From IMG/VR virus record IMGVR_UViG_3300042315_000041, positions 1 to 25,838 of that record: a stretch of DNA of 25,838 nucleotides; one strand, written 5' to 3'. Made by a program: the position numbers and the translations under genes. Every line of letters starts with the position of its first letter. The stretch's first letter is position 1. The notes under the pieces are model-generated. The model was given only the letters and a program-made list of their open reading frames with translations, made no database searches and was not told the DNA's origin. The DNA comes from a virus. Lineage: Duplodnaviria > Caudoviricetes. Below are positions 1-8,931 of the stretch, piece after piece.

Positions 1-693
1 GCCGACAGCGCCACCGGGGGCCATCGTCATGCCGGGGGCGGCTGGTGCTGGCGCGGTGCCGGTCACAGCGCGAACGAGACGACCGGGTGCCTCCAGCGTG
101 GCTCGCCCAGCTGCTGTCGCAGCCGGTATCGCCACAGCGCCGACCCTCTGGGCCGTAGCCGCCGCCAACGGAACCTGCTGTCCCACAGCCTGCATTGCCA
201 TGCCGGGGGCCGTGATCTGCGGCAGCACCGGCGGCGCAACCTGCTGGACGAATTCGCCCATCGCCTCGGTGGCCTCGCGGCCCGCTCGAGTACGCGGCTG
301 ATACGTGAACCGCTGCGCCTGCTCCATCGCAGCGCGCTCGACCTCCTGCGCGGCCTCCGGCGTTCCGAACTGGCCCGACAGGATTGACCCTGCGAGCCCG
401 CCAACGGTGCCGCCGATCAGGCCAGCAGTGCCGCCCGTGGCCCCCGTGATCGCGGTAAGCGCGGCCTCGCCTGCACCGATGAGACGCTGCCCAAGCGACG
501 GCGCTGGGCCTGTCTCGACAGGACGCACGGCGGGGGGCGCGGTGTAGGGCTGCTCCGGTACGGCTGGGGCAGCAGGCGCAGCACCAGCAGCCTGCGGAAC
601 GAGCCCACGCCGACGCGCCTCGGCAAGCAGCGCGGCCCTGTCAGGCGGCAGGATTCCACGCCGCTCGGCCTCGAGGAGCAGTTCGAAGTCCAT
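1..693 (-). CDS. Putative DNA ejection (injection) protein, gp16-like position; runs off the left edge
   Basis: ATG at 693 overlaps the stop of the 532 aa gene. My translation MDFELLLEAERRGILPPDRAALLAEARRRG...GQRLIGAGEAALTAITGATGGTAGLIGGTVGGLAG... stays open to base 1. Gly/Ala-rich; third gene of the ejection cluster by P22 synteny. Not in the ORF track. Confidence 0.65.
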   Translation of the reverse strand, partial: MDFELLLEAERRGILPPDRAALLAEARRRGLVPQAAGAAPAAPAVPEQPYTAPPAVRPVETGPAPSLGQRLIGAGEAALTAITGATGGTAGLIGGTVGGLAGSILSGQFGTPEAAQEVERAAMEQAQRFTYQPRTRAGREATEAMGEFVQQVAPPVLPQITAPGMAMQAVGQQVPLAAATAQRVGAVAIPAATAAGRATLEAPGRLVRAVTGTAPAPAAPGMTMAPGGAVG

Positions 694-2291
694 CAGCGGC
701 TCCCGGGCGGCATCGCCAGCCGGCGCAGGATTTCGTCATTGGACAGGCCGCCGTATGGGGAAGCGGGCGGGGCCGGTCGAGGACCACGCCCCGCAGGAGC
801 AACCTGCCCAGGCTGCACAGGAGCGCCAGGAATGGCCGGCGCAGGCTGCCGAGGTGCCCCGCCATCGCCAGCGGCGTATCGGTTGGAGATGTCTTGCGAA
901 ATGCGCGCCGTGAGATCGACGAACGTCTCGCCGGGATTGGCCGTGAACTCGCCGGCCTGGAAGCCGCTGCGTGCGCGTGCCAACGATCCGCGATTGTTGG
1001 TCAGCCAGTCCACGCGGGCGTTTTCGACGGCGCTGTTGATGTCTTGCAGCTTGGCCATGCCGCGAAGGAACCCAGCCATCGTGCGCGAATCAGCGTTCGC
1101 GGGCGGAAAACCCTCGAGCACCAGCGCGATGTCGCGGTCGGTGGCGGGTCCGGGCGGCAGCGATTGCACGGCTGCGCTGTTGCGCAGGCGGGTGAACTCC
1201 TGACGGAGTTCCTGCATATAGCCCTGGTTGCCGGTGGCCTTCTTCAAGTAGTCCGTGGCCGACGAAAACACGCCGAAGCCGCCGCCCTCTGCGGCTAACT
1301 TGTCAGCCAACGAATTGAACTGCACCGCCTGCTGCTTCGCCGTCCCAGACGCCACAGCAGCCGTGTTGATGTCCTTCTTCGCCTGATCCGGCAGGCTGTT
1401 GGCGATCTCACCCACGCGCGCCAGCGTCAGCGCAATGTCGGCGGTCGTCTTGTCGCGATCCAGCCCAAGCCGAGCCGATTCCACACTGATGCGGTTCTGC
1501 GCGGCGCGGATGTTCCAGTTGCGCTCGGTCAGGCCGGCCTGGTTCAGTTGGTCGGCGAAGCGAGCATCCGATGCGGCTTTGATGGCCTCTGCCTGCGCCT
1601 TGCCGAGCCCAGCCACGGCCAGCGCGGGCGCATACTGTGCATCGACGCCGGCTTTGATGGCCTTCGCCCTTGCTTCGTCCGCATCGGCTTGAGCCTTTGC
1701 CAGCCCCGGCCCGAACATCGCAGTCTGGCGCTGCTGCTCCTCAAACTTGCCAATGGACTCGATCACCTTGTCGCCACCCGGCAGACGCGAAACCAGCGTG
1801 CCGATGGTTCGGCGGGCCATAGCCGGGTCAAGTTCAGCAATGCCGGCCCAAGTCTCGAGCGCCTTCGCGCGATCCTCTCGCCCCTGATTGCGTTCCCCTG
1901 CAGCACGCTCGCGCAACATCGAGATGGCGACCTCTGGGCTTTTCTCGACAGCGGATAGCACCTGCCCCCCGAACGTCAGGTCGTTTTCCTTCTGCTCGGT
2001 GCTCAGTTTCTCCCAGCTCTGCATCAGAGTCGCCGCCTGATCCTTCGGCAGCAGCACGGCCACGTTCTGATAGTCGCGGAAAGTCGGATTCGGGTTCGCC
2101 ATCAGACCGGACAGCGCCTGCTGCATCGCCTGCTGCTGCTGCACAGCCTGCTGCTGGGCCGCCGCCTGCGCCTCCCGCTGCATGCGCGCGGCTTCGATGT
2201 TTGCCATCTGCGCACCAGCGTTCATCCCCTGCAGCACGCTCTCAAAGGGCGTGGCGACCTGCATCTGGTAGTTGATTGGGCCGAGTGCCAT
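693..2291 (-). CDS. Putative DNA ejection protein (gp20-like position)
   Basis: 532 aa Ala/Gln-rich, apparently helical protein with strong GC3 bias; follows the gp7-like gene as in P22-like phages. Confidence 0.65.
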   Translation of the reverse strand: MALGPINYQMQVATPFESVLQGMNAGAQMANIEAARMQREAQAAAQQQAVQQQQAMQQALSGLMANPNPTFRDYQNVAVLLPKDQAATLMQSWEKLSTEQKENDLTFGGQVLSAVEKSPEVAISMLRERAAGERNQGREDRAKALETWAGIAELDPAMARRTIGTLVSRLPGGDKVIESIGKFEEQQRQTAMFGPGLAKAQADADEARAKAIKAGVDAQYAPALAVAGLGKAQAEAIKAASDARFADQLNQAGLTERNWNIRAAQNRISVESARLGLDRDKTTADIALTLARVGEIANSLPDQAKKDINTAAVASGTAKQQAVQFNSLADKLAAEGGGFGVFSSATDYLKKATGNQGYMQELRQEFTRLRNSAAVQSLPPGPATDRDIALVLEGFPPANADSRTMAGFLRGMAKLQDINSAVENARVDWLTNNRGSLARARSGFQAGEFTANPGETFVDLTARISQDISNRYAAGDGGAPRQPAPAIPGAPVQPGQVAPAGRGPRPAPPASPYGGLSNDEILRRLAMPPGSR

Positions 2292-2304
2292 GTCGTCAGC
2301 CTCC

Positions 2305-3012
2305 TTACATCGGCACGCCGCTCGGGATCATCCCCGATGGCAGCCCGCCGCCGTAGCCGCTCGGTGCACCCCCAAACGACGGGAACGGAATCCGACCCAT
2401 GCCCACGCCCATGCCGTACATCTGAGCGGGCATCTGGAGCAGGTTGGCAAACGGTGCCGCCCGGCCGAGCGCCCCGCCTGCGCGAGCCGCGCCCTGCTGC
2501 TGGAGCAGACCGGCGACATCACGGCCCGTCTGCATGCCCGCCGCGCCCACGCCCGCAGCAGACTGCTGTCCGAGCGCCGTGAGCCCGCCGAGGCGAGCAT
2601 ACTGCTGGTCAAGGGCCTCCTGCAGCATCTGCGGCCGGAACTGGGCCAGCGCGGCCTGCATGTTGCCGCCTCGCAGGCCACCCGTAGCCGACGCCTGCTG
2701 CAGCATCGCCTCCTCGCCCTGACGGGTGAGGGCCTGCAGGAGCGGGCTCTGCTCGACGCCTGCGATGGCCTGCTGCTGCGCCTCTGCGCCCTGCAGCCCG
2801 AGCATCGCCTGCATACCCTGGAGCGCGGGCTGGCCGGCCTGGGTGTACGGCTCCAGAAGCTTGCGCATCTCGTCAAACTGACGGCGCTGCTCCTCGATGC
2901 CAGCCTGTGCGGCGTCGGCCTGCTGGCCTGCGGCTTTGCCCGCAGCGCGGGATTGCATGGCGCTGCCGAGTACGCTCGACCCGGCAACAATTCCGGTTAC
3001 TGGATCAGGCAT
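2305..3012 (-). CDS. DNA transfer/ejection protein, P22 gp7-like
   Basis: Start at MPDPVTGIVAG after GGAGG. Sequence AAGKAAGQQADAAQAGIEEQRRQFD...LEPYTQAG...ATGGLRGGN resembles gp7-type pilot proteins. Confidence 0.75.
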   Translation of the reverse strand: MPDPVTGIVAGSSVLGSAMQSRAAGKAAGQQADAAQAGIEEQRRQFDEMRKLLEPYTQAGQPALQGMQAMLGLQGAEAQQQAIAGVEQSPLLQALTRQGEEAMLQQASATGGLRGGNMQAALAQFRPQMLQEALDQQYARLGGLTALGQQSAAGVGAAGMQTGRDVAGLLQQQGAARAGGALGRAAPFANLLQMPAQMYGMGVGMGRIPFPSFGGAPSGYGGGLPSGMIPSGVPM

Positions 3013-3448
3013 CGCGCCCTCCATCGAATTCGTTGAGATAGGCGTCGAACTTCTCGCCGTACAGCCCCATGACAAACGGCGCGGCCTTCATTGCAGCCGC
3101 TGCCCCGTGGCAGATGCAGACCACCGAGAGCACAATGTCGTAGTACCCGGCACGCCAAGCGAAGGCCATCGCGCTCGGATTCCCGGCACGCTCGGCTGCG
3201 TCCGACGCCTGCCACTTGAGGATCGCCTGCGAGAGCAGCGGCAGCAGGACGGCACTGTGCTGCTGGAAGAACGGGCTGGCAGGCAGCGCGAACAGCAGAT
3301 TCCAGATCGCCGCGTCAAGGTCTGCGCGCTCCACCTTGTCGCCATCGGCAACGTCGTCAAGCACCTGGATGCAGTCGTACAGCGCGAGCAGCCACTCAAC
3401 CGCCGCTGGCGGGAGCCGGAACACTTGCTCGAAATTCTCACGCAGCAT
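3005..3448 (-). CDS. Hypothetical phage protein with DDxxD motif
   Basis: ATG at 3448 preceded by GGAGG; helical-looking protein containing VLDDVADGD; stop overlaps the next gene. Confidence 0.7.
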   Translation of the reverse strand: MLRENFEQVFRLPPAAVEWLLALYDCIQVLDDVADGDKVERADLDAAIWNLLFALPASPFFQQHSAVLLPLLSQAILKWQASDAAERAGNPSAMAFAWRAGYYDIVLSVVCICHGAAAAMKAAPFVMGLYGEKFDAYLNEFDGGRDA

Positions 3449-3494
3449 GGCACCTCCCGGTGGCTGCTGGCGGCCGACAGACTCAGCGGATGCC

Positions 3495-3523
3495 ATCATA
3501 CCCCCTAGCTAACCTCGCGTCCA
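3495..3523 (-). promoter_or_regulatory. Candidate sigma70-type promoter for the ejection-gene cluster
   Basis: Minus strand TGGACG-17 nt-TATGAT. Confidence 0.45.
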
Positions 3524-3840
3524 GACACCCGCAGCGTGAGCGAGGTCGCATTGCTCGCGATGGTCGAGATGAACCCACCCGGCGCGAGCACATGGCCCAC
3601 GAGCTCGGGGCACAGGTACGTCTCGTCGGGCTGCACGGTGCGCGTGTCGATCACCAAGTTGGCATTCCCGGCCGACCCGCCGCTTGTGACGATGTTCACC
3701 GAGAACGTGCGCGACACGGTGTCCGTGTTCGTCACGGTGGCCTTGTCGATGATGGCCCGCACGTTCGTGGCGGTGTACTGCGTGGTCTGCGTGGCCTCCA
3801 TCTGCTTGGGAGGCACGAGCACGGTAACGGTTACGGTCAT
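3505..3840 (-). CDS. Hypothetical virion-associated beta-rich protein
   Basis: 111 aa Thr/Val-rich ORF, ATGA-coupled to the upstream gene. Confidence 0.75.
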   Translation of the reverse strand: MTVTVTVLVPPKQMEATQTTQYTATNVRAIIDKATVTNTDTVSRTFSVNIVTSGGSAGNANLVIDTRTVQPDETYLCPELVGHVLAPGGFISTIASNATSLTLRVSGREVS

Positions 3841-4625
3841 GATTCGACGCCCCCGATGTTGTTTGCGACTGTGAGGATGATGGACGGGATGCCCGGGTGC
3901 GGGGCCACGGCACCGGATGCCAGCAGCCGCACGCCGAGGTCGGTGACGCTGAACATGACTTCAACGTAATCGCCGGACTTGAGGTTGAAGAAGTAGTTCA
4001 GCGCCAAGAAGACCTCGGCGTTGTTGCCTTTCACCCGCACTTGGCTCGCGGAGTTTGCGACATCCACGCCATTCAAGCGAAACCACAGGTAGAACTCCTC
4101 GTCGGTTGCAACCGTCGAGTCGAGCTGGATGCTGGTCTGGAAGTTGTAGATGCCCTCGGTGTCCACATAGACCCGCGATGTCGGCGTACCGATGTACACG
4201 CCCCGCGACAGATCGGTCGTGTTGAACGTGATCGCGGTGGCCGTGTTGATCACGGTCGCCGTCTGCGTCGTGGTGTCGTAGAACGACCCGTAGCGACTGC
4301 GCTTGAACTCGCGCGGGGGCGGCGCAGTCTCCACGAAGTCAGCGATGTGCTTGAGCGCGAGCACCTGCTGCAGCGCCAGCGTGGCCTTGGCCTCGCACGC
4401 GGCCAGAGTCGCGGCCAGCGCCTGCTCGGCGTTCTGCACCTGATCCTGGGCCAGCACGGCTGCGGCCTGCGCCGTTCCAATGGCCTCAATCGCCTCGGCC
4501 ACCACATCAGGCGCGATGGCCTCGGTGATGGCGAACAGGTTCTCGAACGCCCGGATCTGGCGCTGGTTCTGCAGGAACGAAGCAAGCTCGTCCCGCGTCA
4601 GGCGCAGCGGCGGCGTGTTGGCCAT
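3837..4625 (-). CDS. Putative tail needle-like protein with C-terminal C1q/TNF-like knob
   Basis: Directly follows gp10-like gene (gp26 position). Ala-rich coiled N-half, then YGSFYDTTTQ...ITFNTT...GIYNFQTSIQL...LKSGDYVEV, a C1q-like beta pattern. Confidence 0.55.
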   Translation of the reverse strand: MANTPPLRLTRDELASFLQNQRQIRAFENLFAITEAIAPDVVAEAIEAIGTAQAAAVLAQDQVQNAEQALAATLAACEAKATLALQQVLALKHIADFVETAPPPREFKRSRYGSFYDTTTQTATVINTATAITFNTTDLSRGVYIGTPTSRVYVDTEGIYNFQTSIQLDSTVATDEEFYLWFRLNGVDVANSASQVRVKGNNAEVFLALNYFFNLKSGDYVEVMFSVTDLGVRLLASGAVAPHPGIPSIILTVANNIGGVES

Positions 4626-6139
4626 CAGACGTTCAGCGGCTCAAGCCGCGCCTCCAGCCTCAGAAACGAGATGTGCGCGTCCGAGTCGCCCCGGAAGCGC
4701 TGCATACGCAGAGATTCCATGTTGCCCTGCTGGAACCACACGAGGCGCTTGCGGGTGTCGCCCGTGGTGCCAGCACCGATGAACCGATCCTGACTCCACG
4801 ACAAGCCATCGGTGCTGTACGAGGTCGAGATGGTCGGGTTCGATCCGACCGTCACGCGCCCCGGCAGCGCCACGAGTTCGAGTTCGTGGAAGATCGCGCC
4901 CTTGCTCTCGTTGTAGACGATGGGCGTGGAGAACTCCCAGCGGGTCTTCTGGCCCCACTGGCTGCTGATCTTGCGGTCGAGGTAGCCGATCACGCCGTAC
5001 TCGATGTCCTCGACGCCGAGCGTGTCCTCGCCGGCCTCCAGCGCCAGGCCGTCGCCGCCCTCGGTCAGCAGCGTGCCGGTCAGCGTGTCGGACAGTTGCG
5101 TGTCGCCCACGATCCAGCGGTCGTAGGCCCAGACGAGGTTCTGCGCGCGGTAGCGGTGGAAGTCGCATGTGCCGCTCGTGAGCGTGAACCAGACCCGCAT
5201 CTGCAGCGCCTGGCTGGCCGCGTGGTCGTACACCAGCGTGCGGTCGGGAAGATGGACGTACAGCAGCTTGTGCGCCCGGTCGATGCGGGTTTCTAGCTTG
5301 GCCGTCGCCAGTTGCGCCTCGGTGTAGGTCTGCAGCAGCAGATCGACGTCCTGCGTGGCCAGCGAGGCGCTGGTGGAGTTGCCACCGAGGTAGACGCTTG
5401 GCGGTTCGTTCCGGCCGCTGCCGAGGAACGCGATCCCCTCGTCCCCGAAGACGCACGCGGCGTGTGTGCCCACCACGCCCCGCATGATTTGCGCGCCGTC
5501 GATCCGCTGGAATGGGAACAAGCTGCCGCCCACGTTGTCGAACACCTCGATGGTGTTGCGGTTCAGCGCGTAGATTTCGTTGCGCGACTTGAACAGTCCC
5601 ACCACGGGGTCGGGGGAGATTTCAGACGATCCGTACTTCAGCGGGTTGACCTGCGTCGGGTCGCTCAGTTCGGTGACGACGAGAAACTCGCCGTCCGTGG
5701 TCATGAAATACCCGTCAACCCACACGACATCTAGCACCACGCCGAGATCCGGGTCCGTTACCTGCACGAGCCCGAGCGTAGGCGACCAGTAGTACAGCCT
5801 GCCGCCGCTGGCGATAGCCAGCCGGTCGAACGAGAAGTCCATCGTGACGTAAGTGTCCACCGGCCCGCCAACGTCACCGAGCACTGTGATAGCGCCGGCA
5901 GACGAGACGGACACGAGACTCGTGCCCATGACCCGGTAGCAGACGTTGTTCCAGTTGATCCCGCCACGATCCTGCGAGCCTGCGAGCGTGCCGAACTCCA
6001 GCACGCCATCGTGCGGGCGCAGGTACTCCTGTGATACCCCTGAGCCCTTGGGCACGGGCATCAAGTTGACCGGGAACGCCGTCCGGATGTCCGGGCCTGC
6101 GTCCGAGTAGATGCCGGCAACTATCGGTATGGAAGCCAT
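4625..6139 (-). CDS. Packaged-DNA stabilization / tail hub protein, P22 gp10-like
   Basis: 504 aa; PVNLMPVPK...YLRP, RGGINWN.VCYRVMG, WVDGYF, SSEISPDP resemble the gp10 family; synteny fits. Confidence 0.8.
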   Translation of the reverse strand: MASIPIVAGIYSDAGPDIRTAFPVNLMPVPKGSGVSQEYLRPHDGVLEFGTLAGSQDRGGINWNNVCYRVMGTSLVSVSSAGAITVLGDVGGPVDTYVTMDFSFDRLAIASGGRLYYWSPTLGLVQVTDPDLGVVLDVVWVDGYFMTTDGEFLVVTELSDPTQVNPLKYGSSEISPDPVVGLFKSRNEIYALNRNTIEVFDNVGGSLFPFQRIDGAQIMRGVVGTHAACVFGDEGIAFLGSGRNEPPSVYLGGNSTSASLATQDVDLLLQTYTEAQLATAKLETRIDRAHKLLYVHLPDRTLVYDHAASQALQMRVWFTLTSGTCDFHRYRAQNLVWAYDRWIVGDTQLSDTLTGTLLTEGGDGLALEAGEDTLGVEDIEYGVIGYLDRKISSQWGQKTRWEFSTPIVYNESKGAIFHELELVALPGRVTVGSNPTISTSYSTDGLSWSQDRFIGAGTTGDTRKRLVWFQQGNMESLRMQRFRGDSDAHISFLRLEARLEPLNV

Positions 6140-6140
6140 G

Positions 6141-6842
6141 TCAGGAAGTCGGGAACGCCGCAGCAGGCGGCGTGAAGGTGGCGGTGTAGCGGGCTACGCC
6201 CTTGGTGATGCGGAGGTCGTCGATGTAGCCGTTGAACAAAAACCCGGTTGAGTACCACCCGCCAATAACGAAGTATTGATCTGTGTAATTGGTAGTGTCT
6301 GCGACGGAAATTATTGAAGTCCCGGCCACGTAGAGTTTAGTCGTGCCAGAGGACCGGACAATTGCTGTGTGGTACCAAGTGTTGATGGCGGGAATATTGC
6401 CCGTGGATTGTGTGAAAGTAGTCCCGTGGTAGATAGTCCACTGGCCTGTGCCGTTTTCAGCACCCAGACCCGGCCCGCGAACTTGGGAATTCAAATAACC
6501 GTCGCTGAGTTGGTAAATACCCTGACCGTTGCCGACCGGGGTGACTGCAAAACGAACCCAGCACTCAATTGTGAAATCTCCGGTGCCGAGAGACATGGCA
6601 GCGGTTGCGGGGACGGTCAGATAGTCGCCGGTCTCGTCGAACAGCATCGAACTCCCGCCGAACTTCGACTGCGCCGTGCTGATCTGCGCGTTGCCGACGG
6701 CGGTAATGATCTGAGGGCTACGGCTGTAGTCCAAAATCGTCGTGCTGCCGTTGGCCCCGTTTCCAGGCAGCAACAGCGACACGCTGCCATAAGACGGGTC
6801 GCCGTAGAACCCGGCCAGCGCAGCGTGCGAGGCACCACTCAC
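6141..6842 (-). CDS. LamG/concanavalin A-like lectin domain tail protein
   Basis: GTG at 6842 overlaps upstream stop. GNAQISTAQSKFGGSS, GTGDFTIECW, NTWYHTAIVR, GYIDDLRITKGVARY are typical phage LamG-like motifs. Confidence 0.85.
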   Translation of the reverse strand: MSGASHAALAGFYGDPSYGSVSLLLPGNGANGSTTILDYSRSPQIITAVGNAQISTAQSKFGGSSMLFDETGDYLTVPATAAMSLGTGDFTIECWVRFAVTPVGNGQGIYQLSDGYLNSQVRGPGLGAENGTGQWTIYHGTTFTQSTGNIPAINTWYHTAIVRSSGTTKLYVAGTSIISVADTTNYTDQYFVIGGWYSTGFLFNGYIDDLRITKGVARYTATFTPPAAAFPTS

Positions 6843-8161
6843 GACAGATTGCTCCCGCTGATGATCCACGAGGTCGAAGTGACCTTCACCGCCGTCGCCA
6901 TGCCATAGGCGGCAAGCGTGCGCGAGCCCGTCGCCCCAGACCCGGCGAGATACATCGTGTCCGTGGTGATCGCAATCGTCACGGTGTTGATCATGTTGAT
7001 GAACGTGATCGCGGTGCCGACTGGGTAGGGCACGTTGGCATTGCTGTCGATGGTGAACGTGCGGGCGTTGTTGTCCGTGATCGGGTGGACGATGGACTTG
7101 CCGGCGTCCGCTGCAACGGTCGTGTACGCCGCGCTCTGAGCGTTCTGCGGCAAGCCTCGGAACCCCACGCTGTCCGCGTTCGCCGGGTTGCCGTCAACCT
7201 GATCGCCCAGGTACGACTTGCCCGCAGCGATGTACGTTGCCCACGGGTTTGTAATCGTGACGTTGCTGCCAGCATTCGGAGCGCCGTGGACGTAGATTGT
7301 GCTGGCGTTGGTGTAGGTGACTGTCGCGTTGGTGGCGGCGATGCCCTTCAGCCCGAAACTGCTGACGGTCCCGTGAGACACCGTGCCGCTGGCGGCGGTG
7401 GTGTTGTCAACGTAGGTGTTGCCGCTGCGGACGTAGAGATCAGCGGGCGCGGTCGTTGACAGCGCGGGGCCGTTCAGGCCAACGGCGTTGCCCATCTCCA
7501 GCCGACCGTTTGCCTCGACGCGGCCGACCTCAGTTGTGGCCGTCCCGCCTGTCGGCGTGATCGTGAACGACATGAACGTGCCGTTCGCGCCTGCGGTCCA
7601 GTTCTCTGCCGCGTTAAGGCTGATGGACGCCCGAGAGGCCGTCGTGTACGCAGTGCCGTTGTAACCGCTGCCGGTGACGACACCGATGGTGTCATTGAGC
7701 TGCAGCGTGGTCGGTGCTGCCGCAGTGCCGTTAGCACGACGGAAATCGACCGCTGTAGCCGCGCCATACGCGGCAATCATGCTGCGAGCGCCAACACCGT
7801 TTGACCCGTGTATCGCCAGCACAGACCCGGCCGCAAACACAGAGGGAGGCACCGCGCCCGCATTCGCACTCGCCACCGTGCTGCCGGTAAGCGTGGCCCC
7901 CGAGGCAGTCGGCGTGGTCAGCGTGGGGCTCGTGGCAAACACCGCAGCGCCCGTGCCCGTCTCGTCGGTCAGCACAGCGCGCAGGTTGTCGCTCGACGGC
8001 GTGGCGAGGAACGTGCTCATGCCCGAGCCGAACAGCGTCGGGCTCGTCAGGAGCGCCGTCATCGACAGCTTCTTCGTCACCCCGCTCTGCACCAGCGGAA
8101 CGACATCGACGCCGGTCGCTGCGGTAGCGGTCGGGAGCGCGGAGATTTTGACGTTGGCCAT
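6839..8161 (-). CDS. Putative tail fibre / receptor-binding protein
   Basis: 440 aa Thr/Ala/Gly-rich; N-terminus MANVKISALP; DETGTGAAVFATSPTLTTP; C-terminal TIDSNANVPYPVGTAITFIN module seen in phage fibres. Confidence 0.7.
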   Translation of the reverse strand: MANVKISALPTATAATGVDVVPLVQSGVTKKLSMTALLTSPTLFGSGMSTFLATPSSDNLRAVLTDETGTGAAVFATSPTLTTPTASGATLTGSTVASANAGAVPPSVFAAGSVLAIHGSNGVGARSMIAAYGAATAVDFRRANGTAAAPTTLQLNDTIGVVTGSGYNGTAYTTASRASISLNAAENWTAGANGTFMSFTITPTGGTATTEVGRVEANGRLEMGNAVGLNGPALSTTAPADLYVRSGNTYVDNTTAASGTVSHGTVSSFGLKGIAATNATVTYTNASTIYVHGAPNAGSNVTITNPWATYIAAGKSYLGDQVDGNPANADSVGFRGLPQNAQSAAYTTVAADAGKSIVHPITDNNARTFTIDSNANVPYPVGTAITFINMINTVTIAITTDTMYLAGSGATGSRTLAAYGMATAVKVTSTSWIISGSNLS

Positions 8162-8163
8162 GA

Positions 8164-8463
8164 CTACTTCTTTCCTTTGTTCCGCGCCGAGATGGCCTTG
8201 GCCTTCGCCCGTGCGTCTGCCTTGCTCGACGCGCCCCAGGCTTGCAGAGACAGCAGCAGCCGCGTGGGTTCGCCATCCTTGCGCTCAGGCCCCGGCATGT
8301 TGCCCATGCGGGCGAGGAAACTTGCTCGACGGGGGTTGTCGCCTGACTTGACAGGGGCCTTGAGGTTCATGCCTTCGGCGCGTGCGGAGGCGCGGCCCTT
8401 GGCGTTGAGGCCGCCCGTGGGGCTCTTGCCCTCCTTGCGCTGCCAGGCTGGGGTCTTGGGCAT
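8164..8463 (-). CDS. Small basic phage protein (DUF6321-like)
   Basis: PAWQRKEGKSPTGGLNAKGRAS...NLKAPVKSGDNPRRASFLARMG, recalled as a widespread phage family. Confidence 0.75.
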   Translation of the reverse strand: MPKTPAWQRKEGKSPTGGLNAKGRASARAEGMNLKAPVKSGDNPRRASFLARMGNMPGPERKDGEPTRLLLSLQAWGASSKADARAKAKAISARNKGKK

Positions 8464-8466
8464 CGC

Positions 8467-8922
8467 CTACCCGATCCGGTACCACGAGTTCGTCGCGGCG
8501 TACCAGCGCAGCCGAGCGAACCCGCCAGCCGCAAGCGTCGTGGGAGAGCCGTACACCGCCGTCGCGCCGTTCAGGGCCACGGTGAGTGTGGTAATGATCT
8601 GTGTGCTCGTGAGCAGGATTTCGGTGCCGTCAGCCACGCCCGTGTTGAGCGGCAGCGTGACCGTGCCCGTGGCCAGCGTGCCAGCGGGCTGCAGCAGCAC
8701 CCACAGCGCCTGCGTGGTGGGCGTGGGCAGCGAGATCGAGAAGCCCGTCGTGGGGACGTACAGGCTCGTTGCCATCGTCGGCGCGGCGAACGTCTGCTGG
8801 AAGAACTGCAGCAGCGTGTTCAGGCTCGACCGCCTGGCGTCGCCGTTGGCGGTGTTGTAAACCGCGATCTGGTCGCCGCTCGAGAGTTGCGAGACGACAG
8901 GTAGTTGATTGATCAGCGGCAT
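8467..8922 (-). CDS. Hypothetical tail-associated protein
   Basis: 151 aa, MPLINQLP start, PAGTLATGTVTLP...DGTEI...WYRIG; tightly packed in the operon. Confidence 0.75.
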   Translation of the reverse strand: MPLINQLPVVSQLSSGDQIAVYNTANGDARRSSLNTLLQFFQQTFAAPTMATSLYVPTTGFSISLPTPTTQALWVLLQPAGTLATGTVTLPLNTGVADGTEILLTSTQIITTLTVALNGATAVYGSPTTLAAGGFARLRWYAATNSWYRIG

Positions 8923-8931
8923 GGTGCGCCC

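Noticed and set aside
6141-8161. Diversity-generating retroelement target in tail genes
   Set aside because: No reverse transcriptase and no template/variable repeat pair seen in the window.
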